Shown here in pieces: positions 43,868 to 52,928 of a stretch of DNA of 64,000 nucleotides. This DNA is from an uncultured Acidobacteriota bacterium. Its GTDB lineage: Bacteria; Acidobacteriota; Vicinamibacteria; Vicinamibacterales; CAVVIG01. Each line of letters opens with the position of its first letter. Position 1 is the first letter of the stretch. A program made the position numbers and the translations under genes. The notes under the pieces are model-generated. The model did not search any database, was not told the DNA's origin, and saw only the letters and a program-made list of their open reading frames with translations. The stretch is from NCBI GenBank assembly GCA_963837345.1, contig CAWIMX010000001.1, positions 58,981 through 122,980 of the forward strand. The letters are read 5' to 3'.

Positions 43868-46823
43868 ATGACACGGAACCGAATCGCGACGGCGGCGTTC
43901 GCCGCCCTCGCCGTCCTGCTGGTGCTGCCAGGCGTGGCGCACGCCCAGAGCGCTATCGCGGGCATCGTCAGAGACACGTCGGGCGGCGTGCTGCCCGGCG
44001 TCACCGTCGAGGCATCGAGCGACGTCCTCATCGAGAAAGTGCGATCAGTGATCTCCGACGGCCAGGGTCAGGTACAAGATCGTCGACCTGCGGCCGGGCA
44101 CCTACGTCGTCACCTTCACGCTCCCCGGCTTCCAGACGTTCCGCCGCGAGAACGTCGAGCTGCCGGCCAACTTCACCTCGACCATCAATGCCGAGATGCG
44201 TGTCGGCGCCCTCGAGGAATCCGTCACCGTGTCGGCCCAGTCGCCGATCGTCGACGTCCAGAGCGCCGTCCATACGCAGGTCCTCAACCGGGAGGCCCTC
44301 GACAGCATTCCGACCGGCAAGACCATTCAGGGCCTCGGCCAGCTCATCGTCGGCGTCAACCTGAACCTGCCCGACACCGGCGGCGCCCGCGGCGCCCAGC
44401 AGACCTACATGTCCACCCACGGCATGTCGGCCGCCAACACCACGGTGATGGTCGACGGCATGACCATCAACGGCCTCCAGTCGGACGGCGCCGTGCAGAC
44501 CTACGTCAACACCGAGATGAACCAGGAGGTCAGCTACCAGACCTCGGGCATCAGCGCCGAGAACTCCTCGGGCGGCGTGCGCCTGAACATGATTCCGCGC
44601 GAGGGCGGCAACACCTTCAGCGGCTCGTTCAACGCCAGCTACCGCCCCGGCGACTGGCAGGCCGACAACGTCAGCCAGCGGCTCATCGACGCGGGCCTCC
44701 CGGCCGGGGGCGGCAACGCGACGGACAAGATTGCGGAATACACCTTTGGACAGGGCGGGCCGATCGTCAAGGACAAGGTGTGGTTCTTCACCTCGGGTCG
44801 CTACTTCCGCGTGAACAACTTCATCGCCGATACCTTCTTCGACGATGGCAGCCAGGGGATCGACGACCAGCTCATCAAGAGCGCGATGGTCCGCATGACC
44901 TGGCAGGCCAGTCCCAAGAACAAGCTCTCGGCCTACTTCGACGAAGTCGACAAGTACCGCGGCCACGACATGCAGAGCCAGTACCGATCCCGAGGAGTCG
45001 GCGATGCAGTGGTTCTCGCCCGCGTACCACACCCAACAGGCGAAATGGACCTCGACGGCCACGAGCAAGCTCCTCCTCGAGGCGGGCTTCTCGAACAATA
45101 CCGAGGATTACACCAACAGCTATCAGGACGGGATCGAGCAGCCCTACGGCTCAGCGGGATGGTACGGCAACGCCGCGCACTTCGAGCGCGACCTGGGCGG
45201 GGCCAACACGGCCGGTCCGCGGCAGAATACGCAGAGCCCGGTCCGGTTCAATGTGCAGGGCTCGGCCTCCTACGTGACCGGCTCCCACAACGTCAAGACC
45301 GGCGTGCAGTACCAGTGGGGCAAGTTCACGCACTCCTATCAGCTGAACGCGGATCTGTATCAGGTACTACAAGAGCGCCACCTCGGGCGTGCCCTTCTCG
45401 CAGCCCGCGCAGGTGGCTGTCATGAACACCCCGGTCTACTACGGCGAAGCGCTCAACCACGACCTCGGCTTCTACGCGCAGGACGCGTGGACGCTGAAGC
45501 GGCTCACGCTGAACTACGGGCTGCGCTATGAGCTCCTGAATTCGCAGGTCCAGGAAGGCAACTCGCCGGCCGGCCGCTTCATCGGCGTCCGCCACTTCGA
45601 CGCGGTGACCAACCTGCCCGACTGGAGCGACTGGGCCCCGCGCTTCGCGGCCGTCTACGATCTGTTCGGCAACGCCAAGACGGCGATCAAGTACTCGCTC
45701 AATCGCTACAACCGCGCCCAGACCACCGGCATCGCCAGCGCCTACAACCCGCTGGCGGTCACCAGCAGCACGCTCACCTGGAACGACAAGAACGGCGACG
45801 ACATCGCTCAGGGCGCCCGCGGCTGCGACTTCGCCAACGACGCCGGCTGCGAGATCAACTTCGCCACGCTCTCCAGCAACTTCGGCTCGCGGTCGCTGAA
45901 CACCTACGGCGAGTACCCGCGCGTCTGGAACCTGGAGCACGGCCTCGAGATCCAGCACGAAGTCATCCCGCAGCTGTCGGTCACCGTCAGCTGGTTCCAC
46001 GGGAACTTCCACAACCTCACGACCACGATCAACCGCGCGCTCCAGTACCGACGGCGACCCGGCGCAGAACCCGCACTACACGCCGTTCACCGTCTACAAT
46101 CCGACGACGGGCGAGGCGATCACCGCCTACGGGTTGAACGCCAACTCGGTGGCCTCCAAGCTGCCGACCGACAACCTGGATACGTTCGATCCCGACCGGA
46201 AGGACATCTACAACTCGTATAACGTCGAGTTCCGGCTGCGGCCGGGCGGCGGCGCGCAGGTCTTCGGCGGCGTTGCGTTCGAGCGCGAGCTGAACGTGAA
46301 CTGCACCGCCCCGGACAACCCGAACTCGCTCCGCTTCTGCGACGATAGACAGAACGACATCCCCTATCATCAGAATCTGAAGCTCGCGGGTTCGTATCCC
46401 TTGCCCTACGGCGTGACCGTCAGCGCCGCCCTTCAGAGCAACGAGAGCCCGAACAGCACGCGGGTGATGACCTTCACCGCCGCGACGAAATACCCGGCCA
46501 CCTGCCCCGCACCGTGCCCGGCCGGCACGACGATCGTGCCGAAGGGCGTCATGGGGCAGTCGTCGCTCACCGTCGACCTTCAGCCGAACGCCGCCACGCG
46601 CGTCGAGCGGATCAACCAGCTCGATCTGAAGTTCGCCAAGACCGTCCGCGTGCAGCGATTCAGCGTGGCCCCGACGCTGGAGCTCTTCAACGTCTTCAAC
46701 GCCGACACCGTCGTCAGCTACTCCACCGGCGGGACCAACGTCCTCGCCGGCGCCGGCTACCTCAAACCGAACTCGATCGTGCAGGGGCGCCTGCTCGGGA
46801 TCGGCGCTCAGGTCCGCTGGTAG
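43868..46823 (+). CDS. TonB-dependent receptor 4; four +1 frameshifts (~44071, ~44985, ~45363, ~46049)
   Basis: Paralog of receptors 2 and 3. 2956 nt minus 4 inserted bases = 2952, the same corrected length as receptors 2 and 3; no nonsense codons noticed in the corrected frame. Confidence 0.8.
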
Positions 46824-46836
46824 AGCCTCGTTCGCT

Positions 46837-46868
46837 CCCGGGAGCGGGTCCCGTGATCCGCTCCCGGG
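46837..46868 (+). terminator. Hairpin after receptor 4
   Basis: CCCGGGAGCGGGTC-CCGT-GATCCGCTCCCGGG. Confidence 0.7.
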
Positions 46869-47173
46869 CTCCCTTCCTGCTCCGACCCAGCCGACTGCCT
46901 TCGGCGTTGTTCGGCCCAACCTCGGATCACCAGAATCAGAAGATATTTATACTTGCCGTCTGACATTATTGTTTCTTTATGAAACATCCAGCCTGGAAGA
47001 ATCCTCTCAACGATCTGAATTTCCGATGGGGCGGACCGCGGACTCGGCGATCGGCAGGCCCGGATCCGTTGTCAGTCCCCCTGCACGGATGTAGGTTTCC
47101 TTACGCAGAAGTGTCAGTCTCATCATTCCTGGTTGCGTGGTGTTCACTCGCGTGGAGAGTTGGAGGTCAAGGC

Positions 47174-50100
47174 ATGCGTAAGCTCACGTTGCAGGCGCTC
47201 GTCCTGGCGGCCGTCACGCTCCTGCCGATGGCCGCGTCGGCCCAAACAAGCTCGATTGCCGGAGAGGTGAAGGACGCGTCCGGCGGAGTATTGCCGGGCG
47301 TCGTGGTCGAAGTCTCGAGCCCGGCGCTCATCGAAGGGGTGCGCACCGCAACCACCGACGGAGCCGGCCGCTATTCGATCGTGCAGCTTCGTCCGGGCAC
47401 GTATGGTGTGACGTTCACGCTGCCCGGATTTCGCACGGTGAAACGGGAGGGCGTCGAGCTGACGTCGGACTTCACCGCGACGATTAACGCCGACATGCAG
47501 GTTGGCGCCGTCGCTGAGACCATCACCGTCGCCGCGGAATCGCCGATCGTCGACGTGTCGAGCATCACCCAACGTACCGTCATGACGCGCGACGTGATGG
47601 ATGCGATTCCAACCGGCCGGAACATTCAGGCGGTCGGTATTCTGATTCCCGGAACGACCCTGGCGGTCGGCGGGGGCGGTGCGCTGTCGCGCGACGTCGG
47701 CGGCTCGGGGAACCTGCAGCAGTCGCCGCTCCAGTACCGCGGCTCGGGCGATACGGTGCAGACGATCGAAGGCCTGCGGCTGAACAACCTGGAGGCGCAG
47801 GGCGCGTACAGCGGCGTCTACTGGAACGACGCGAGCTTCCAGGAATTCAGCTACGTGACCGGGGCCGACTCGGCCGAAATGGGCCAGGGCGGCATGCGCG
47901 TCAATATGGTGCCGAAAGACGGCGGCAACAGCTTCCGCGGCTCGTTCTTCGGCAACTACGCGGACGGCTCATGGAGCGCCGACAACCTGGGCGACAACCT
48001 GGCGGGCGACCTCACGTTCAATCCGAAGAACCGGATCCAGGCTGTCCCGCAGCTGCAGAACATCTGGGACGTGAACCCCACGATCGGCGGGCCCATCAAG
48101 CGCAACAAGATCTGGTTCAACTACACGTTCCGCCACTGGGGCTCGTCCAGCACCAAGGTCGACAGCTACGCGGATCTCAACCCGTCGCCGTTCATCTACG
48201 AGGCCGACCTGTCGAAGCCGGGTGTCGACAACGGGCACATGGTCAGTAATGCGGGCCGCGTCTCGTGGCAAGCCACGTCCAAGGACAAGCTCTCCGTCTA
48301 CCACGACAACCAGCGGAAGTACCGCCCGCACTGGGGCATCGCGGCGACCGTGCCGCCGGAGGCTTCCGGCAACGAGGTCACGCCGACCAGCTTCGTGAAC
48401 GTGACCAAGTGGACGCGAACCCATACGAACAAGCTGCTGTTCGAGGCCGGCCTGGGCATCTACGATCAGGAGTACACGGAGCTGTATCAGCCCTCGGTGA
48501 CGGGCATCAACGACAACGTCTTCGATCAGAACGCGATTCGCAACTCGCGCGTGTACACGGTCAGCGATCAGAGCACCGGGAAGATCGCCAACGCGTGGAG
48601 CGCGCCGGCCGACCACTACTCGATCCTCCGGACCTACATGGGCGCGGTGACGTATGTCACCGGGTCGCACTCGCTCCGCTTTGGCGGCGCGCTGTCGGAG
48701 GGCAACCGGCGCCTGATCCAGATGTACACCGGCGACGTGGAGCCCATCACCTACAACGCCGGGCAGCCGGTGTCGGCGACGCTCCGCCTGCCCAGCGACC
48801 GCCGCGACCGCATCAAGGCGGATACCGGCCTCTTCGCGCAGGACCGTTGGGTCGTCAACCGCGCGACGTTCAACCTCGGCATCCGCTACGACTCGTTCAT
48901 CGGCGAGACACTGCCGAGCGACGTCCTGCCCAACCGCTTCAACAACGGACTGCACTTCGACAAGTGCGCCGACGGCAAGAACGATCCGGAAGCGGGCTGC
49001 ACGGGCACGGTCGAGAACTGGAAGGACATCTCGCCGCGCATCGGCGTGGCGTACGACGTCTTCGGCAACGGCCGCACCGCGGTCAAGGCGAGCATCGCGC
49101 GGTACGTCGCCGGCCAGCAGATTGCCGTGGCGGACGCCGTCAATCCTGTCACTGGACTCGGACTGACCGACACGCGCCCCTGGACCGACCTCGACGGTAA
49201 CGGCCTCCCGCTCGACGCAGCCGGCAACATCCAGTTGAACGAGCTGTCGCCCTCGACCTCGACGCCGACCTTCGGCCAGAACGTCTCGACCACGACGACG
49301 GCCGACGAGGTGCTCAACGGCTGGGGCAAGCGGAGCTACAACTGGGAGTACACGGTCTCGGCGCAGCACCAGCTGGCCGACCGCGTCTCGATCAATGGCG
49401 GCTACTTCCGTCGGACCTTCGGCAACCAGACGTTCACCGACGACCTCCGCTACGACATCAACAGCTACGACGGACCCTTCTGCATCACGGCGCCGGTGGA
49501 TGCGAACCTGCCCTACGGCGGCGGCGGCTATCAGCTCTGCGGCTTGTACGACCTGAAGCCAGCCGTGTTCGCCCAGAGACTGCCAGCGGACAACCTCATT
49601 CGGTTCTCGAGCGATTTCGGAGGCGAGACGAATCTCTACCAGGGCTACGACCTCAATCTGGAGTGGCGCATGCCCGGCGGGGCCTTCCTGCGAGGCGGCG
49701 TGACCGCGGGCGCGCGGACATTCGACAACTGCAACCTGATCGCCGCAGGCGTCGACGCCGTCGATGGGACCACAGCGCAGGGGACCGAGATCTACCCCGA
49801 CGGGACGACCGCGTGCCATCGCGAGTACCCCTATCGTCCGGACGTCAAGGTGCTCGGGGCCTACACGCTTCCGTACGACATCCAGTTCTCGGGCACCTAC
49901 CAGTTCAGCAGGGGCGTCCAGACTGGCGGAGCGGGACCGGCCATTCAGGCCAACTGGGCCGTCACCAACGGCGTGGTCGCACCCGTCCTCGGTCACAACT
50001 GGACGGGCGCCAATTCCAAGACGGTTCAGTTGATCCGGGAAGGCCTCGACTACGGCGACCAGAATCTGAACCAACTCGATATCCGAGCGGCCAAGCGGTT

Positions 50101-50275
50101 CCGCTTCGGCCAGTATCGCGTCCGATTCGACTTCAACCTGTACAACGTGTTCAACAGCAACTGGCCGTACACCGTCAGCTCGAGCTTCTCGACTTCGAGC
50201 AGCTCCGCATGGCTGCGCCCGACCAACGTCCTGCAGTCGCGCTTCTTCAAGATCGGGGCGCAGATCGACTTTTGA
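47174..50275 (+). CDS. TonB-dependent receptor 5 (distant paralog, intact)
   Basis: GGAGG RBS, signal peptide ASA-Q, same N-domain, AQDRW....TFNLGIRYD, SPRIG.AYD.FG.G.TA.K, terminal QIDF. Confidence 0.9.
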   Translation: MRKLTLQALVLAAVTLLPMAASAQTSSIAGEVKDASGGVLPGVVVEVSSPALIEGVRTATTDGAGRYSIVQLRPGTYGVTFTLPGFRTVKREGVELTSDFTATINADMQVGAVAETITVAAESPIVDVSSITQRTVMTRDVMDAIPTGRNIQAVGILIPGTTLAVGGGGALSRDVGGSGNLQQSPLQYRGSGDTVQTIEGLRLNNLEAQGAYSGVYWNDASFQEFSYVTGADSAEMGQGGMRVNMVPKDGGNSFRGSFFGNYADGSWSADNLGDNLAGDLTFNPKNRIQAVPQLQNIWDVNPTIGGPIKRNKIWFNYTFRHWGSSSTKVDSYADLNPSPFIYEADLSKPGVDNGHMVSNAGRVSWQATSKDKLSVYHDNQRKYRPHWGIAATVPPEASGNEVTPTSFVNVTKWTRTHTNKLLFEAGLGIYDQEYTELYQPSVTGINDNVFDQNAIRNSRVYTVSDQSTGKIANAWSAPADHYSILRTYMGAVTYVTGSHSLRFGGALSEGNRRLIQMYTGDVEPITYNAGQPVSATLRLPSDRRDRIKADTGLFAQDRWVVNRATFNLGIRYDSFIGETLPSDVLPNRFNNGLHFDKCADGKNDPEAGCTGTVENWKDISPRIGVAYDVFGNGRTAVKASIARYVAGQQIAVADAVNPVTGLGLTDTRPWTDLDGNGLPLDAAGNIQLNELSPSTSTPTFGQNVSTTTTADEVLNGWGKRSYNWEYTVSAQHQLADRVSINGGYFRRTFGNQTFTDDLRYDINSYDGPFCITAPVDANLPYGGGGYQLCGLYDLKPAVFAQRLPADNLIRFSSDFGGETNLYQGYDLNLEWRMPGGAFLRGGVTAGARTFDNCNLIAAGVDAVDGTTAQGTEIYPDGTTACHREYPYRPDVKVLGAYTLPYDIQFSGTYQFSRGVQTGGAGPAIQANWAVTNGVVAPVLGHNWTGANSKTVQLIREGLDYGDQNLNQLDIRAAKRFRFGQYRVRFDFNLYNVFNSNWPYTVSSSFSTSSSSAWLRPTNVLQSRFFKIGAQIDF

Positions 50276-50288
50276 GAAGTCCTGAAGA

Positions 50289-50336
50289 CTGAGGGACTCT
50301 GGAGCTGGGGAACTCCGGAACTCCAGGGTTCCTCAG
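50289..50336. terminator. Imperfect 16-bp hairpin between convergent genes, built of degenerate 8-mers
   Basis: CTGAGGGACTCTGGAG ... CTCCAGGGTTCCTCAG (pairs with G-U). Confidence 0.55.
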
Positions 50337-50345
50337 CTCCTCAGT

Positions 50346-52433
50346 TCACCTGATCCCCAACAGCCGCATCGCGGTCGCCAGGTCGTCCCGGACGCGAGGA
50401 TCGTCGGGCGCCAGTCGTATGGCCTGCTGGAAGGCGCCGCGGGATTCTTCGGCCTTGCCTTGCCCGGCCAGCGCCAGTCCGAGCGACGAATAGAGCTCCG
50501 CATCGTCGGGCGCCAGCGTCAGCCCGCGCCGATAGGCCTCCGCCGCTTCCTGCAGGCGGCCGGTGCTCGAAAGCGCATTGCCGAGATTGCGCGCGAATCT
50601 GACATCGTCGGGGCTGAGCGCCGCGGCTTGCTGAAACTCCGAGACTGCGTCGGCTTCCCAATCGAGCCCGACGAGCGTCAGCCCCAGGTTGTTGTGGCCG
50701 TCGGCGCTTCCGGGCTCACGATCGAGAAATCGCCGGTACGCGGCCGCGGCGTCGTCATAGCGCTGTGCCTCGTACAGCACCTCGGCGAGGCCCCGCAACG
50801 CCTCCCCATTGTCGGGCTGCATCTCGAGCGAGCGCCGGTACGCCGCCTCCGCCTCGTCGAAGCGGCCCAGGCCCTTGAGAAGGAGTCCCATCAGCCGGTA
50901 CGTGGCCGGCACCTTGAAGTCGAGCGGCCGGCGCTCGACGAAGCGCCGATAGTGGTCGAGCGCGTCGAGAGGTTGATGCGCCTTGTCGAGTTCCACGCCG
51001 AGCGCATAGTCGGCTTCCGGGTAGTCGGCCGACGCCGCGCGGAACTCGGCCATCGACTCGTCGAGCTGCCCGGCCTCGCGCAGCGCCATGCCGAGGCCGT
51101 AGTGGGCGCCGCCGTTCGGATAGCGTTCGAGCGCGGCCCGCCAGAGCGCGACCGACGAGTGATATTCGGCATTCCTCTGGACGGTGAGAACGGCCAGCGG
51201 CAGGCAGGCGACGACCGCCATCCCGGCCGCGAGGCGGCCGCGCGCGGCACCGGCGTGCGACAGGACCTGCCACGCGCCGATCACGGCCATGACGACCAGC
51301 GCGGCCAGCGGCAGGTACATCCGGCGTTCGGCTCCAACTTCCGTGGCAATCGGGATGATGCTCGTCGTGGGGGCGAGCGTGACCGCAAACCAAATCCCGA
51401 GAAACGCCACGGCGTGCCTGCGGCGCCAGGCCAACACGACCCCCGCGGCGAGCGCCACGGCGAGAAGCGCACCCGGCAGAACGCGCGCGAGCGGCACCGG
51501 TCCCGGCAGCCCGTAATAGATCACGAGATCACGGGGCCAGAGGGCGAGCCTCAGGTACCGCACGAGCATCACAGCCTGATCCTGGAGGTAGATCCACGGC
51601 GTGACGCCGGCGGCGAAGCCGGCGCTGCGGGCGCGCGGGCCGTTCCAGTTGAGCGCGAACAGCACCAGCCACGTTGCCGCCAGGGCACCTGAGAACGAGG
51701 GACGGCGCCTCAGCGCGTTCATGACGCCATCGTCGAGGAAGACCGCCGCGTACACGACGACCACCAGCGGCGCGCTCGCCATCGATTCCTTGCAGGCCAT
51801 GCCCGCGGCGCAGACGACGACGGCGGCCACCGCCCACCGGCGCCGATGCGGCCCGTCGACGCTCGCCCGCAGCGCGGCGTACAGCGTCGCGAGATAGCAG
51901 AGGCCCATCATGGATTCGGTGCGCTGGGTCACGTAGTTGACGACCTCGGTCTGCAGAGGGTGGATCATCCAGACGAGGGCGCTCACGAACGCGAGCGGCG
52001 TCGAATACGCCCCGTATCGTGCGGAGAGGGAGGGGAGCTGGAGCGTGCGGCGGACGAGGCCGAACAGGACGAGCGCGGCGCTCAGGTGAATGGCCAGATT
52101 CCAGACGTGGTAGCCCCACGGATCGAGGCCGCCAACGGCATAGTTGACGGCGAACGACAGGTTGACGAGGGGACGGCCAGCCGTGGCGGACTGGATCGGG
52201 CCGACGAGCGATCCGCCAAGCGGCCAGAGATGGTGAATCGTCGCGTTCTCGACGACCGACTCGATGTCGTCGAACACGAACGGATTGGCCAGGCTGTTGG
52301 CGTACGCGACCGCGCCGAACCCGAAAAGCAGAAGGGCGAGTCCGCGGATCAACCAGGCCGGGTCGCCCGCCCGCGACCGGGCGGGTACCGGCCGAGCCGA
52401 GGCGGACGCATGCGTCCGCCTGCGACGACTCAC
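50346..52433 (-). CDS. TMTC-like GT-C membrane glycosyltransferase with long C-terminal TPR array
   Basis: YANSL.NPFVFDD...V.N, GRPLVNLSFA.NY, YH..N..IH, HPLQTE.V.Y..QR.E, CKE, AERRMYLP, RN.EY, TPRs; GTG start overlapping the cupin TGA. Confidence 0.85.
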   Translation of the reverse strand: MSRRRRTHASASARPVPARSRAGDPAWLIRGLALLLFGFGAVAYANSLANPFVFDDIESVVENATIHHLWPLGGSLVGPIQSATAGRPLVNLSFAVNYAVGGLDPWGYHVWNLAIHLSAALVLFGLVRRTLQLPSLSARYGAYSTPLAFVSALVWMIHPLQTEVVNYVTQRTESMMGLCYLATLYAALRASVDGPHRRRWAVAAVVVCAAGMACKESMASAPLVVVVYAAVFLDDGVMNALRRRPSFSGALAATWLVLFALNWNGPRARSAGFAAGVTPWIYLQDQAVMLVRYLRLALWPRDLVIYYGLPGPVPLARVLPGALLAVALAAGVVLAWRRRHAVAFLGIWFAVTLAPTTSIIPIATEVGAERRMYLPLAALVVMAVIGAWQVLSHAGAARGRLAAGMAVVACLPLAVLTVQRNAEYHSSVALWRAALERYPNGGAHYGLGMALREAGQLDESMAEFRAASADYPEADYALGVELDKAHQPLDALDHYRRFVERRPLDFKVPATYRLMGLLLKGLGRFDEAEAAYRRSLEMQPDNGEALRGLAEVLYEAQRYDDAAAAYRRFLDREPGSADGHNNLGLTLVGLDWEADAVSEFQQAAALSPDDVRFARNLGNALSSTGRLQEAAEAYRRGLTLAPDDAELYSSLGLALAGQGKAEESRGAFQQAIRLAPDDPRVRDDLATAMRLLGIR

Positions 52434-52883
52434 TTCCCGTCGACCTCGAAGCGGGTTTCGAGGTACGTGATCGAATCCGTCGATCTGCGAATACCAGTGG
52501 GGCGTGCCGGCGGGGATGAACACGACGTCGCCCTTGGTCACGTGCCGGCTCACGCCGTCTTCAATCGTGGCAGACCCGCCCCCGTCCGGACGGACGATGC
52601 GCCCGCCTGTCACGAACGTTCCGCCGCCGTCGGTGATGTAGTGCACCTCGGTCCCCTTGGGATGCGCGATGGCGCCGGCCGCGACGGTGCGATGCACGAG
52701 ATTGATCCCGTAGTGATCCCCTGAAGCTACAGGCGCGGAGACCATGGCATTGGGCCGCTCGGCGGCCGCCTTGTCGATCGCGGCTTTCAGATCCGAGCCA
52801 TTCACGTATGTCCCGGGTGTCGATGGTGCCGCCGACTGCTGGGCGGCGAGCGCGATCACGAGCAGCGCAAAGACTCTGGACAT
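52430..52883 (-). CDS. Exported cupin-domain protein; +1 frameshift at ~52475
   Basis: Signal peptide; AH...TEVHYI..G.G..VTGG and GDVVFIPAGTPHW cupin motifs. Removing one base gives ...IDGSITYLETRFEVDGK-stop (454 nt = 3n+1). Confidence 0.8.
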
Positions 52884-52928
52884 CGGCGTCACTCCTCCGC
52901 GTGAAATTATAGTCGGCGGCCCCTGCGG

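Noticed and set aside
31774-46823. Receptors 1-4 as genuine pseudogenes or silent cassettes
   Set aside because: All lesions are the same motif-linked +1 insertion also seen in pabB, S46 and the cupin. I noticed no nonsense codons or deletions, and RBSs and terminators are intact. Needs short-read confirmation.
37208-46823. Diversity-generating retroelement acting on the receptor repeats
   Set aside because: No reverse transcriptase in the window; repeats are whole-gene length and differences are not adenine-specific.
50346-52892. 848-aa cupin-TMTC fusion ORF
   Set aside because: The fusion is produced by a +1 insertion at GA(A)TC 52473-77. Correction gives a complete cupin ending in a TGA that overlaps the GTG start of the TMTC-like gene.
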